The position numbers and the translations under genes are program-made. This document shows positions 50,901 through 64,000 of a stretch of 64,000 nucleotides of DNA, piece after piece. Position 1 is the first letter of the stretch. Each line of letters opens with the position of its first letter. Source of the DNA: Phoronis australis (lineage: Eukaryota > Animalia > Phoronida); NCBI GenBank assembly GCA_002633005.1, contig NMRA01000208.1:473606-537605 (forward strand). Direction: 5' to 3'. The notes beneath the pieces are model-generated. The model was not told the DNA's origin, made no database searches, and was given only the letters and a program-made list of their open reading frames with translations.

Positions 50901-52131
50901 AAAAAAAAAAACACTGTGTATATTTTATTTTTGAAGTTTCACGAGAACGAAGATAAGTATATAGCTAGACCTATGTGAAATATTGTAAAAACTGCCAATT
51001 TTTGTTAATAAGGTTTGAGATATCCTTAAACTAGAACAGTTTTTACTGCGATTTCAAGAAGCAATTACTCGAAAGGTGGATAACAAAGCATAACAACATA
51101 ACAATAATGTTAACTTTGCACTAGTATTAATATTGGAGGAGCTACAGGAATATATAAACACATCACAAGTGTTACTGGCCATCAGTAGGTAACATTATTA
51201 CCAGATTCACTGTCACTTGACAGTGGAATGGTCTGCATATCACTACCGGAGCCCGACATCTTTAATTAGTTCACACTGTTTTGTATAGCCGGACCTATCT
51301 TTCACATTGATGACAGCTGTTCTGAAAAAGATTACAAACATTCATCACACTATACAGTGCCCTTCAATGAAATTAATAAAGCAAAGCCAAAAACTATAAA
51401 TCATGACTTCTGCAATTAACTATAAAATAAAATAAAGTTCTCGATGTTGTACAGCTGCCTTGTTCCTTGCTCATTCTACTAGGAACAGATGATTGACTTA
51501 TTCCTGCAAAAATTTCGTAGCACTCTGCCGATATTTGCAGACACCAACTGTAGGAGTCAGATAACTTAAATTTCCCAAGTCATGATTTATAAGTTTCTAC
51601 ACCTAACTATTTTCTGGATGAATAATAATGTCTGCTGTCTAATAAGGCAATGTACACTGTGAGGCTGGTAGAGTGGTATTTTGGATAAAACATTGTTTGA
51701 GCTTATTGGTCCCTATTTCTAATGTATATACATATACTTGACATGATGAACACAGTCCTCACCTTGTTCCATAAGTCCTCACCTTGTTCCATATTGGATG
51801 TGGTGTGTTATTTTTTCCACTCTAGTTATTACTAGTGACTGCATTTAGACAAAGAACAAAATACATTTGTGACAAATATGCTTGTTTTCAAGTGGTTGAA
51901 GGGCTTGCTACTATGATTTGAAAATTTTACATTTATGTAGACCATAGCCACCTAGCTAGCTGTATGAAGACCATTGTCAAAATACAGCTAAGTACCACCT
52001 CTGACAGACCTCGAAATTGCACACAGCCCGGGTAGTTCTGCTCGTCACCTCGCCGTGAAACTTGTATCAACATATCAAAGCTAAAGACCAGCGGGAGTCC
52101 ATGCATAATCTTAGAGTGAACCGACACTCAC

Positions 52132-52147
52132 CTTTCGTTACAGCCAT
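52132..52147 (-). CDS. Candidate SCOC initiator exon (ATG GCT GTA ACG AAA G|GTGAGT, MAVTK)
   Basis: ATG followed by a perfect donor, in phase 1, compatible with the acceptor at 48010. Alternative candidates are listed under findings. Confidence 0.4.
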
Positions 52148-52942
52148 TTAAGTGGAGAAAAAATTTAATAAACATCATTTTCGTGCGTAATTCTCTGCCT
52201 TTTGTAACAAAGAAAAGTATGTTGTGACATGTGAATGCGTCATTTCCTAAATTTTTGCGACAACTCTTATCGGGACAGTGATGACAGCTTCGCAGCAGCA
52301 AAATTTGTTCTGAGATTCCATTTTGCTAGTATCAAAACTCTAAAAACTTAAATTGAAACTAATTCCTAAAATTTTTTGTGACTTGTATGGAACCTCGTGA
52401 CAGAACAACAGTTGATTGAAGAATCAGCAGAAAAAGAAACTGGCAAATAGGTGATGCAAAATTTTATGGCACCGAAAGCCAACGCAAAAGATCGCACCAC
52501 AATTATTTTAGCAGCAGAATAACGGTATAACGCCAATTTTTCCAACACCGGTAAATAATTTAGTTTACTCAAGGAAGAGTGTTTTTTTAATGACACTAGT
52601 TTTGAGTCAAATTTTATCAGGTCAGTTCTTTACCCACATCAGCACAAAGCACATATATTTAGTATATAGCTTTGCGCCACGACTAGTTGGACAAGGGAGT
52701 GGGAGTTTGGGGGTTTAAAAAACTCTCAAGTTCTGCCTTTGTGTGTGCCCATCCTGGGTGGGTTCTACCGTTTTTGGGTGTCAATGACGAAAACATCAGA
52801 TAAAACACCGTGTGCAAGTCGAGCGTCCAAACCATTTGGCTAAGAGCCAATTACCACTTGGCTAGCAATTTAGAGAGGCTCCAGCAACCAGAAATTCACA
52901 ACCGAGGGTTTTCGTTACTTGTTGAGTAAAACTAAACACCAT

Positions 52943-53096
52943 CCTCCCGTTCAGTAACGCTAGCACCTCGCTAAAAAGCAAAGACTTTGCGAGATTACGT
53001 GAGATATTGCTGTGCATTTTAAATGAGAACATGTGACTTTGACTAGGTTTTTAGCTAGGTCCTAGCATAGGTCCTAGCGTCTACTGAACGCACGCC
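52943..53096. mobile_element. Second copy of the small MITE family
   Basis: TIRs CGTTCAGTAACGCTAG / CTAGCGTCTACTGAACG. Homologous to 30105-30225. Confidence 0.65.
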
Positions 53097-53527
53097 AGCT
53101 ATAAACAATCTCCGCCTTCAAAAGTTATGGACTACACTACCTGAGTCCACCTTAGCTGTTTTGCGGAAACTGTTAGTAAAATCTAACTTTAAAATACATG
53201 GCAAAATCTCACGTAATCTCACGAAGTCTTGCTTTTCTAGGGAGGTCCTGGCGTCATTGAACTCTACCCAAGATTGTCTCATGTGTGCCTCAAGAATATT
53301 CGAAGTTCACGAGTTTCCGGTTTGGGGATTGGTTTTCATTTTTTTGTCAATACGGTTGTTTAGTTTTTAAGGTACTGTACAGAAATCGTGTACACTGAAT
53401 GTTTAGTGACACAAAAATACCTCTTTCTGATCCTTTGATTCGGTAAGCATTCATCTACACAGTAACCTATTATCTAAATTGACAAATATCACCAAAATTT
53501 TTGCAAAAATGCAGAAAAATTACTCAC

Positions 53528-53660
53528 TTCCCAGACCCAATTGTGTATCACGTGACCACCACTGACTCATCGTATTTACGTCATGACTTCTTGTGTACAT
53601 AAAGTCTGGCGGAAGAAACGAATGCTTGCAGGTGTATTCTTTTGTGGCAGGTAACATTTT
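53528..53660. promoter_or_regulatory. Probable bidirectional promoter between SCOC and the WW-domain gene
   Basis: Dense motif cluster: TCACGTGAC (E-box/CLEAR-like), TGACTCA (AP-1), TTACGTCA (ATF/CREB-like) and GGCGGAAG (ETS-like). It is flanked by oppositely oriented consensus donors (minus strand at 53527, plus strand CAG|GTAAC at 53650). Confidence 0.55.
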
Positions 53661-55202
53661 TTCTCAAAGAAACAAAAACGTGACGATGTTTCGTTGCTTG
53701 TTGACTCGTCGGTCTAATTTGTTGATGGTACTGATGTGAACGTGGTCTTCATTCATTGCGGTGACGAATACCCGGTGAATAGTTGAATTGTCAACACAAA
53801 ACTGTTGAACTTGAAATTTAAAAGCCTTCACCCGCTTCACCGGTGTCTGACAGACGTTATATACAGGTCAGATGATTTTTTATTTGGTTCTTGCTTTTTA
53901 GTTAGCTTTAATGCACTTTCCAATTAGGTTTTCATTGTCATCTCTGATTGTTTTGTTTCGGAGTTCAGACTAATCATTTTATGGATCTCTGTCGTAGCTC
54001 AGATTCGATTCAATGAGAGTGACATGCCGGAGGCATCATACAAGTCAGTGTTCATGGGTCTCACCTTAGGTGAACGACACTGTGGAAAATCCCATACTAA
54101 TGGAACCAGACCCCTGTATCTTTGATCAAATTGCTTTTGAATTGGAAACTAATTTGTACTTTGGACGAAACAAAATAAGGCTGTTCGCCTACAGCATTAG
54201 TATTTATGTTCAATAATTGCATTTCACCAAATACTTAGGTAGAAAAAATACAGGTTTGAATCCAGGTGTAGCTCTTTTGTCACTTGTCACATATTAGTGG
54301 GCCTATTTAATTGGCATTCTGATGTCCAAACAATCTTTTAACATTCTTTATTGGTAGTGCCTGAAATACGGCAACCCTAAACTTCTTTTGCACAAAAAAT
54401 AATTGCCAAAATTCTCTTTTTCCAATTTTCAAGGGTTATGTAATCACTTTGCTGCAGATAATGGAAACTTTGCCAAATTATTGTTTTCTGATATTTTCAG
54501 AGTTCAGAATCAGACCTACCTTGCAGTGAATTGTTTGAAATTTTCTTAATAGAATAGTCATTATTTTTAGTATAAAATTTGACAAAATAGACTTTCATTT
54601 GTCTGTCATATTGCGTATACTTGGAGAACTACTGCGGTATCATCCAGCGCAGAAAGATTTGAGTTATTTCTCATGACAATGAAGTCTGGTAAGCTAGTCT
54701 CAATCAAAGGAAGCAACTTTTAATGCCTGCTAAAACTAATGCCCATTTCAGCAATATAAAATTTTGATGATTTTGATGTATTTACAGATCACTTAATCCA
54801 GGTTTTTCCTCTGTATTTCATCTTTGAGCACATTTATAATAATTTATAATAATTTAATGAAGCTGAAAGCTGATGTAGTCTAAAGTACTTCAACGTGTTT
54901 CAATGTTATCTTGCTATGTAAGCCTTGTGTTTTATTTATTTGACAGTTAGGATTACGTTTCTAGGTCGTAAAGTCATTTTTTTCAGATACAGACATTTTC
55001 TTTGATTTTGATTTTGATTTCTGTCTTTGTGGTATTTATGACTGTCATAATTGGCAAGCAACCTTTGAACTCTTTTTCAGCCATGATGAAACTCAAATAA
55101 GGCACTCTTCAGCAGAGGGCCCGTTATCCTGGGATTAGATTAAATGACTCGGCTGGTGCGTGGAGTTAGTGAGTACAGGTGCTGACCGCTGTCGACGGAA
55201 GC

Positions 55203-55300
55203 ATGGTATCCAGGAAAAACGTGTTAGCAACGCTGAACCAACAGCTACCTGATCGATGGGAGGCCAAGTTGACTGAAAATGGAAGAATCTATTACATCAA
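55203..55300 (+). CDS. First coding exon of an N-terminal WW-domain protein (identity unresolved; gene probably continues beyond the window)
   Basis: Exon 55081-55300 (TTTTCAG acceptor, AA|GTGAGT donor) encodes MVSRKNVLATLNQQLPDRWEAKLTENGRIYYI(N). This is the first half of a WW domain (LP..WE.....GR.YY). An in-frame stop lies upstream of the ATG. I found no continuing exon in the window. Confidence 0.75.
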
Positions 55301-58300
55301 GTGAGTACAGTGGGCGAGCTCTCACATATGTATATGCATAGCTGTGTCTTTGGTGTTGTCGCTAAGGTCATGTCTACACTACGAGTCACAAGAAAAAAAC
55401 TTGCTCTAAAGAAACGTGCCCCAGTTCAGTCGAGCATTCATGCTACACTTTCAGCTACTTCAGTGTGTGTAACTGAGCAAGCACACAGTTGGCGCTTACT
55501 TCTGCCTTGTCTGCAGGTTTACATCCATACTACTTGTATTGGGGCTAGTTACCCTACCTCGATAAGGTGGGGTAAGTTGTCCCACATGTGTCTAGTTCCC
55601 CATTGTCCACAATACTAAACCTAATGTCAAATCTTTCCAGGAGTAACATGCACCATGGTAACGCTTAAGTGCGGATGGCACTTAATTTTGTGTTCCACTT
55701 TGAAGCTTTTATGCTAAGTATACTGCTTGTTTTCTGCGTTTGAGGCATTGTTTGCCACAGACTTGCTATTGAAAGTTTGAAAACCTTGACCAGCGATGAC
55801 ACATAGTCCACAAATTTTTCTCTCCAAAAATGGGTGTGTATCAACTGGAAGGAAACGACCATATAGGATCTATTATTTGTAAACTATCGAGTGAAATTTT
55901 GCACTCATTTAAACCGAGCTTTTTGTTAAATTTCACTAAGTTAATGTTTTTGCCCCAGAAACACTTTTGCAAATTGTATCCAGTTTCTCATTCACACTAA
56001 TCGCGCCCTTGCATACATTCACTAGTAGGACTTAGTTGTCGTTATTTAGGTTTCCTGAGCGATTGGTTTATGGACTATTTAGCGGTACCTAAAGCATTGA
56101 ATGTCACTGGCAGTCGATACATTCTTGACATTATTCTGATTGGATACATTGTCACCTGTTCCATTTGTAAATTGGATTTGCCCAGTTCCCTGCAGCATTT
56201 GCTAACAAATCAAACACATCTAATTCAATGTGTATCAATATCAACACACTTATGGTTTGAAGATAAATTTGCACAGCCAGTGCCAATCACACTCAGTCTC
56301 TGACAATGGTTGGTATTGGTCTGTGTAATAGACAAACTGCATAATTGGGGAAATCAACACGAGTTACTGGTTTGTATTGGAGGAAATGAAACGTCGTTTA
56401 TGTGTGCGATTTTAACATTCTTTGTCATAGCGTAGCATGGTTAAGAAGTATTAGAAGTGTTAGTTACGCAGTGTTCATAGCCAAGTGTGTTCATGTCGGT
56501 ATACATTGACGAAAGAATAAATTAACAAAGCAATATCAGGAAAGTTATTTTTGTCATCTACCTGAACTGTCCATCATCTGATTGACACCTTATATAAATA
56601 ACTGTAACAGTTGTGATTGTGCCTTTGTGATTGCTTGATTACTCCATTGTTTCACATACAGTCTCTCTATACATTCATTTTGTCCTCTCCTTCAAACACG
56701 TTTGTTCTCCTGTCCTCATCTCTTTAGGGCTAGTTAGAAATGATTGTTTACCTGTAGCATGAGTTCTTTTATCAGAAACATTTGTTCTTTACCATGAACA
56801 AATACTGATTAGTGCGTGGCATAACAAGCAATTATCGTCAAGGGTTTATGTTAATGTTATTCTGGATAAATGTCAAGCGAAAATGTTTTGCCTGTAGCAT
56901 CTCTTGCATAATAATGGTGTTCTGCACAACATATGCATGCCTAAACAATTTGAATGCACCATTAAATAAATTATAACGAGAATTAATTTCAATGGCCTGT
57001 TGTTTTGGTGTGAGACAACCTTTCAAAAAAAAAAACCACTGGCGCTTTGAAAATTGTCTCTTGTTTAAACTGGGGTCATGTACTGAGCACGCCTGTTTCA
57101 AAGAGTAAATTTTGCAAATTTTGTGGGTAGGCGTTTTGCCAAACATGGACATTATGCCAGGTGATCTAGATTATATAATCAATGAATTAATTAAGGCATT
57201 AAACTAATTTTGGAACCATGCTACCATTTAGAGGTTTTCATAAACGACAAAATTATTATTGTTTTCTCATGCTGTTTATATCTATTTATGAACTTCCCCC
57301 ACGTCAATTGACTCAAGCTATTTCGATCAATGATATACTTTGTCAGTATTTCAGTGAGATCTCTATTATTTGTGATTACGTGAACTGATTCAATGCAACT
57401 AAGTGTGTATCATTGTGTAACATACAATGGTGTTAAGCTTCCCCACACTTGCAAATTGGCTTGATGTCAATCTGATGTGCACCCATTATTGAAATGGCAT
57501 CTGACAGGTAGGAGACACATTGAAAGTCCGTTTGTTCTCTGCATTTGCATATGTTGGTTGTTGAGAGTCAAGATATATCGTCACTTTCAAAATGCCATTC
57601 TCAGTTTTGTTCATGGCCAGTCTAGTTGTCATTGTGCGAGGCCAGATACTACTTTGTGTTACATGTCTTTTATGTGGCCTTTTATGCTCAGTTGTGTGGT
57701 TATGAATGATAGGAATCTTAATGCGCATATCTCAGGCGGTGTTGTTCTTTCAAACGCATGCCCTGCTCTTTCTATGCACATTCACCTCTGCTTTGCCAAC
57801 TATGAAACGTATCTGCTTCAACAACATTGTGTCCATTCTCGTTTTCAAAGCACGGTTTCTCCTATGAAACACCAACATATACATGCTATGACCGTGTCCG
57901 TTTATTTTTGTCAAGTATGTTTTTTCAGTCACTTGGTCTGTTTGGGTTAGGACTTGCATAGAAATGGTGGAATAAGGGATATTAATTCAAAGAATGTTTT
58001 CACATTTTGATGGTTGAGATGGCCGTTTCAGATCTGCTCAACCCCTGAGTACTGAAGAAGTGTTGCTGTAAACAGCTTTGTCAGTTGAACCTTTCAGACT
58101 CAGGCTTGCTAAGCTGTTGTGTGTTCAATGTATAATGGGATGCTAAAGGCAAAATGCAATATATAGGGTCAGTTTTATTGTGAATTAAAGATGGGTCGAA
58201 TGAAAGGGAATTGTTCTGGGTGAAGAGACACTTACTTTAGTGAAGTTTATGAGGAGTTTCTTTGAGGCGATAGTTATTTGGTGTCTAAGTCATGTTGTCA

Positions 58301-61036
58301 AAGTTTAGCTCTCTAGACTGTTATGTAAAGAGGTAGGAAGTCCCCTGTCATTACAGGACGCTGTTTGAGCGCTTTACTTGGTAGCCGTGAGGTTTGAGAT
58401 GTGTTTGTGTTTCCATAGTGATAGTTGTCATGGTGAAAATGAATATATCAAAATATCTTTAAATTTTGTATGATTAATCTTTGAAATGTATATTAAAATA
58501 AAACAAGTGATGTTTTGCTGTGTCAAATGTTTCAAACAAAACTGTAGGTGCAGTTTTATTAGCTTAGAACTATGTAGTAAATATCAGTATATCATTTCTG
58601 GTCTCTTAATTAGTTAAAAATACGTGTAAAAAGGCATTTTACGCTGTACAATTTTTGTAGTTATTACAAGCGTCTTTATAATTCAAATTTATTTCCATTG
58701 CCCACAATTTCTTGATTTTCCAAGTGGTCTTTGAACACATTTCCAATATTGATTTGCCACGGGACTTAACCAATTGATAGGTTCTGTATCTAATGCAAGG
58801 TACTGGTGTGTGTTGTTTGAATTATTCAATATTGGTCGATTTGATAGAATATCTCCATCAGGTCATTGAGTGCTTCACTCAGTGCTGTTATTGATTCCAA
58901 TAGAAATCCTAGCCATACAGCCTAGACTGACCACTTGTTGGTGTAACACCAACAGTTTGAAAGGTGTATTTATGAATTAACAGTAAGAATTGTATTATTG
59001 GATAAGCCATAGATGTGTACTGTGAACTATTGTTGCATGTAAATAGGCCTTTAGAAGCTGCTGGTGTTAGCTGTTATTTATCCCTAAAGAAACTTGCACT
59101 AAATTGCCTTGGCTCAAACAATTTTTATGCTACATTTGTGATACATATCGTGCTTTGTTGGGGAGAAACAGATCCTCTGTTCATAATGGCTTAATATTAA
59201 CTTTCTGTTTGCTAGCAAACAGAACCATTTATTATAACTGACTGGGCAAACTTAAAACGTGTTTTTCTAATTTGTGTTTTTAAAGAAATCCCATTGGAAA
59301 TGATTTGTGTTTGGGAATACCTCTAGCCTAACAGTAGTTTATGTATATATTAAGTTGATGTTCCTTTCTTATTCTCATAAATTGATGTCTATTTTGGTTT
59401 CACTGTAGGTAAAAAGTTCATGGGTTGCATTCTTTCATAATACAAATTTGTTCTGTGTTGAGTTTCTTGCTACAATATTTTAGTACTGTGTTACATAAGA
59501 TCTCTCTCTACCTGTTTACGGTGCCTTTACAGAAGCTTTGGCAAAACTTCGCTTACGTTTCCGACTAGTCAGGGACATCAAAGTCATTGCTAAGATACCA
59601 GACGACCCAGTTCATTTGTACTCTCAAACAAATATTGAGTAGTGGGTTTGAGGCTAACTAAAAATTGTTCTGACATTTACGAATATGTATGAAAAAGATC
59701 AGTGTGACATTCTTGATCAGATACGCTTTCTTTTATTTATTTACGTTTGTCTATTGAGAGCATGTTGACTACGGAGCCATCACAAAGAACACGAAGTTTC
59801 GGTGAATACTGATGCTTCAATTTTAAATCCTACCATTTTCAGCGAAGTTTTGCTTGCAGATCAACTACTGAAATTAACCTTTCCCACTTATCGGAACTTT
59901 GGTAAAAGCGAATTTTCACCTCTAATGGGAAACAGACTTTAGTTGAGAACTTTCTGACTGTCCGGTGCTGATAACAATGACATAGTTTCGTGAAAACACC
60001 ATCTGAACTTGGCAGTGGTAGATTTTTTTCCAAAAAGAAGACCACACACTATACCTGTCTATACCCTAGTATCTACAATACTGGGATCCAAAGAGTCCCC
60101 AGTTCATGGTGCCTCTGATTTTTTGTGTCATTTGGCAAGTGCCACTGGAATTATTGCTACCTCTCTGGCGTAATTGATGCGCATTCTCAATTGAATATAT
60201 GTGCCGCACTACTACTAGCGACCCCTAGCGATTACTCCCATGGGAGTGGATTGAACCATTCCCATAGCAGGGGAGATGCATTTCATAAAATATAAAAGTT
60301 GATTGTGTTTATAAAGTATTAACTACACATTAATAAAGCATAAAAATAGTTTCAGGTGATCAGTGCAATGGGCCCACACGCGAGGCATGCACACGCTTGG
60401 TACAACGTGTATCGGATCACCTGCTTTTTTAAAGAAAAGTATTAGGGGTTAGGGTAAAGTGTTTGGACTTTGTGACAACAATCATTTCAGAGACTTGCAA
60501 TGTTCCTGTAAGCTGCAAACGCTTGACATTTTAGTGAATGTTCTTGGGTGTTTCCTGTCCACACCAACCATAGCGACAACTAAGTAAACATTTCTTATGG
60601 GTTGCTTTTGCTGAGAAATTCTGATAAAATTTAACTTATGTTTTGTATCACATTATGTCCCAGACTGAAGAATCATTATCCTATTCATAAAATTCCCAGA
60701 CATCACCGGCCAACCTGCTCTTCTTCAGTGCAAGACAGCCATCATAAAGTAGCACAGACTAAGAATTGAAAATATGTGAAAAATGACATTTTTAGCAATA
60801 ATTGTGTGAGACTTTAAAGTCTTGCTCTATGGAATCTTCATCTTTACTAATGGAGGTTTCCCCTGTTTGCTTGTAAGTGTTGTTAATGTGTAAAGGGTGA
60901 TATGTTTTGAGAATAAATAAAACAGTAACTAGATTATCATAATCTAAATGTATTAATTTAGTTATAGCTCCATCTTTAACTGGAGCATTAGTTGCTCACC
61001 ACATTAGTTGCATATCAAAATTAGTCACGTATCAAA

Positions 61037-62359
61037 TTAGTTGCACATGAAATCGGCATCTGATGTCTCGGACAAGAGGAGCTTGCTGTGTGGTGTCGCA
61101 CAGCGGAGTTTACGCGTGTTCTTCCAGGCTACCTTCAGTTGTTTCAGCCAGGCAATTTTACAGTCGCAGTGAAGAGGGTTTCCAAACAGAGAGAGGAATT
61201 GCAATCTGGAGAACACGGGCTTTAGGTCTGCCTCGTCAAGAGTGGTGATTTCATTCTTGTGAAGCCAGACATTGTTAAGTCGTGGGAACTTGGAAAAATG
61301 AAGAGACGAGACCTTGGTAATCTGGTTTTTGTCCCAGTAAGCAGTGCGCAAAATTGGTGCGTTGTCAAAGCCCATGTCTTCCGGAATTTCTTTTATCATG
61401 TTTTTGCCAGCTGTGTACCATTCCAGTTTGGGCAGGTTCAGTCCAGTTGGCGCTTCCGTGAGAAGGTTGTTGTGGATAGAAAGAGTCTGAAGATTTGGCA
61501 TGTAGTTGAACTTGACGGTGCTCAGTGACGTTAACTCGTTGTTATCCAAATTTAACGTCACCATTTTAGTCAACGTCTTAAACGCATCATTGTCAATATT
61601 CTGAATGAAGTTGAAGTTGATGGAGAGAGACTGGGTTGTTGGTATATTTTCAAATGACCATTTGTCCACAGTAGTGAGATTGTTGCCTTGAAGTAGGATA
61701 CTACGTATATTGAGGAGTCCTGAGAATGATGACTTGGGAATATGGGATATTTTGTTACTGTTCAGATTAAGTAGTACTAGCTTTGGCAGATAGCGGAATA
61801 GTCCAGGAGACAGTTGGATTTCATTGTTGTGGAAAAACGCTCTAGTTAGTCCTGTAAGACCTTTGAATGCTTCAGGCTTGACAATGGATAGTTTATTAGT
61901 CATTAAACTTATTTCATTGAGTTTAGCCAAGTCGTTGAAAGCCCCTGGTTCAATGGTCTCAATCTGGTTTCTTTCCAAGTGCATCTGTACCACGTTCACC
62001 AATCCCACAAAGGTGTTGGCCTGTATTACTTTGATCATGTTATTCTTTAAGTAAAACTTTTCAACGTTTTTGAAAGCCGAAAACATACCAGGGGTTAAAG
62101 AGGTTATCGCAGAATTATCGAGCCTGAGGATGCGTACATGGGAGATAGCGGCAACGTCTGCTGCCGATAGTTTGCCTAACTGGCACTGATCACATGAGAA
62201 CCATCGAAGGTCGTCAGGCATGTCACCAGTTGGAAGCTGCTTTAGTCCGGTGCAAGTGACTGATCTCCATTGGGAGTTGCAAGAACATCCAGCCGGGCAG
62301 GAGGATGCCATCGACAGCATGGCTGCCAGAACCATGATGCACAGGACTCTAACCATCAT
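61037..62359 (-). CDS. Secreted leucine-rich repeat protein (signal peptide, LRRNT, ~15 LRRs, LRRCT; no transmembrane segment), 440 aa
   Basis: Uninterrupted ORF with a hydrophobic N-terminus, a CPAGCSC...VTC cap, repeated LxxLxLxxNxI units and a GNPLHCDCKIAWL...C...C cap. An acceptor at 62366 sits just before the ATG, and a candidate non-coding exon donor is at 62926. Confidence 0.93.
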   Translation of the reverse strand: MMVRVLCIMVLAAMLSMASSCPAGCSCNSQWRSVTCTGLKQLPTGDMPDDLRWFSCDQCQLGKLSAADVAAISHVRILRLDNSAITSLTPGMFSAFKNVEKFYLKNNMIKVIQANTFVGLVNVVQMHLERNQIETIEPGAFNDLAKLNEISLMTNKLSIVKPEAFKGLTGLTRAFFHNNEIQLSPGLFRYLPKLVLLNLNSNKISHIPKSSFSGLLNIRSILLQGNNLTTVDKWSFENIPTTQSLSINFNFIQNIDNDAFKTLTKMVTLNLDNNELTSLSTVKFNYMPNLQTLSIHNNLLTEAPTGLNLPKLEWYTAGKNMIKEIPEDMGFDNAPILRTAYWDKNQITKVSSLHFSKFPRLNNVWLHKNEITTLDEADLKPVFSRLQFLSLFGNPLHCDCKIAWLKQLKVAWKNTRKLRCATPHSKLLLSETSDADFMCN

Positions 62360-63009
62360 TGTGAACTAAAATATGAGACAAAATGGTAAACCTTCATCTA
62401 TTTCATCACACACAATAACAAAGCGTAGACAATTCATAATCAGTTTTTAAACAGAAATTAAGGTATGGTAAACAGTTCTTCAAGTTGTGAGAAAATAATT
62501 GCAAAAATTGCCATATTTCTATTTTTCAGAGGCTTACCACGTTGCAAATGCTTAAAATTTTGCTAAATGTTATTTGGTAATGGTTATGTCATACAAACTG
62601 AATAAAGTGAAATATTGAATATTTAAATGCTGTGTACATGTGCATAAAGTTTGTTTCTTGTGCAATAAAGTTATTATTATCATTGTAAAAGCAAAGTAAG
62701 TTATGCTAACAAGTTATTTTTGTTGAGAGATTTGACAGAATTAAAATTCATCTGTCTGTCATATTTCGCCCCAAACTGTAAAATGTTTACTGTAAACCTT
62801 ATAAGTATGGCTCTTACTGTTCATTTAGAAATTAACTTTTCAAGAAAATTTGTGTTCATTTTCTTGAGATCAAGGCACGCCTGCTATTGAATAAAAACCG
62901 TGGATGCATTTGTTCAAGTTACTTACTTGATGGCTGTAATCTGATCACACAAGTGAGTTGTCCAGGTCCAGACTCAGCCTTTTGTAGTGCTTGTAGTGTT
63001 CCCTAGACA

Positions 63010-63240
<231 letters not shown>

Positions 63241-64000
63241 GGGGGTAGATGTTTTCACCTACACTCAAGAGATGTGCTACTATCTCATTACTTATAGATT
63301 TACCTTCAAAGTGTAATTGTTACTAACAGTGTGAACTGCACAGTTTCGTGCTGCTCATCGTCTACTAAGTAAATTACTACACAAAACTACAGTGGCAATT
63401 TGTTGGCAAAGAATTGATGCTGAAAGATGCTCCACTGAATTAAATCAGGATGCAGAACACTGTGAGTGTCCACCAACTAACCAGTATAGCCATCTAAGGG
63501 CAAAGCGACTTTCATATTCTGGTCATCACCTGGGCCTTTTATGTGTAGGACTGATAGTATTGGAGGAGTTCTATTGAACCTGTAAAAACTGCGTAGTGTA
63601 GAGATTGGTGGGTTTCAAGGTTCTTTCTTGTACCTGAGTATTGCCTGAGCCATGTGGGATAGCTGGAGCTGGGAGTCTGTGCCCAGTCCTGACCTCACTT
63701 GGAACAGATCCTTCATCATTTCAGTGTCTTCTTCATGGATAATATGTTTAGGAAAATCTGCTTTTGTGAAGCTGAAGAATGTATAGAAATCTGAGCAAAC
63801 CAAGTTCTGTAATTCATTCGTTTAGTCCATCCTCATCTTGTTGCAAAATGAAACAAAGCATTCATGCAGTTCAGACTTGTCCGTCAATCGCACCAATCTT
63901 TTTCCATTTAACATGGCTACTTCATGTCATACAGTTTCTTGATTTTAAGAATTAATTTCTTGTTTAAAAATTTTCAAGCTGCATGTAATGTACCCCCCAT

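Noticed and set aside
55203-55300. Calling the WW exon WWOX
   Set aside because: It lacks the acidic DTDSEDELP leader of WWOX, so the symbol is withheld.
57477-57950. 157-aa ORF
   Set aside because: It starts at a non-ATG codon, has an unnatural Cys/His/Phe-rich composition, and shows no domain or splice support.

Overview
AT-rich, intron-rich animal genomic DNA, most likely from a marine invertebrate such as a lophotrochozoan. This is inferred from a beta-class carbonic anhydrase and a mei-P26-type TRIM-NHL gene, neither of which is vertebrate-like. Splicing by hand gives, in order: the 3' end of ARHGEF7/beta-PIX (+); a beta-carbonic anhydrase (-) head-to-head with SAP30L (+); a 14-coding-exon mei-P26/NHL-2 TRIM-NHL gene (-) with an apparently multi-kb 3' UTR; SCOC (-); and the first coding exon of an unidentified WW-domain gene (+), with a secreted LRR gene (-) probably nested in its intron. 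The non-coding DNA holds a clean solo LTR with a target-site duplication, hAT- and Tc1-type MITEs, minisatellites and a perfect 66-bp palindrome. The most notable element is a Helentron/HINE-like dispersed repeat whose ~145-bp internal subunits each carry a co-oriented CTCF-like motif (16 motifs in 3 copies). Most short ORFs in the supplied track are spurious. All homology calls come from recognising motifs from memory, not from database searches.
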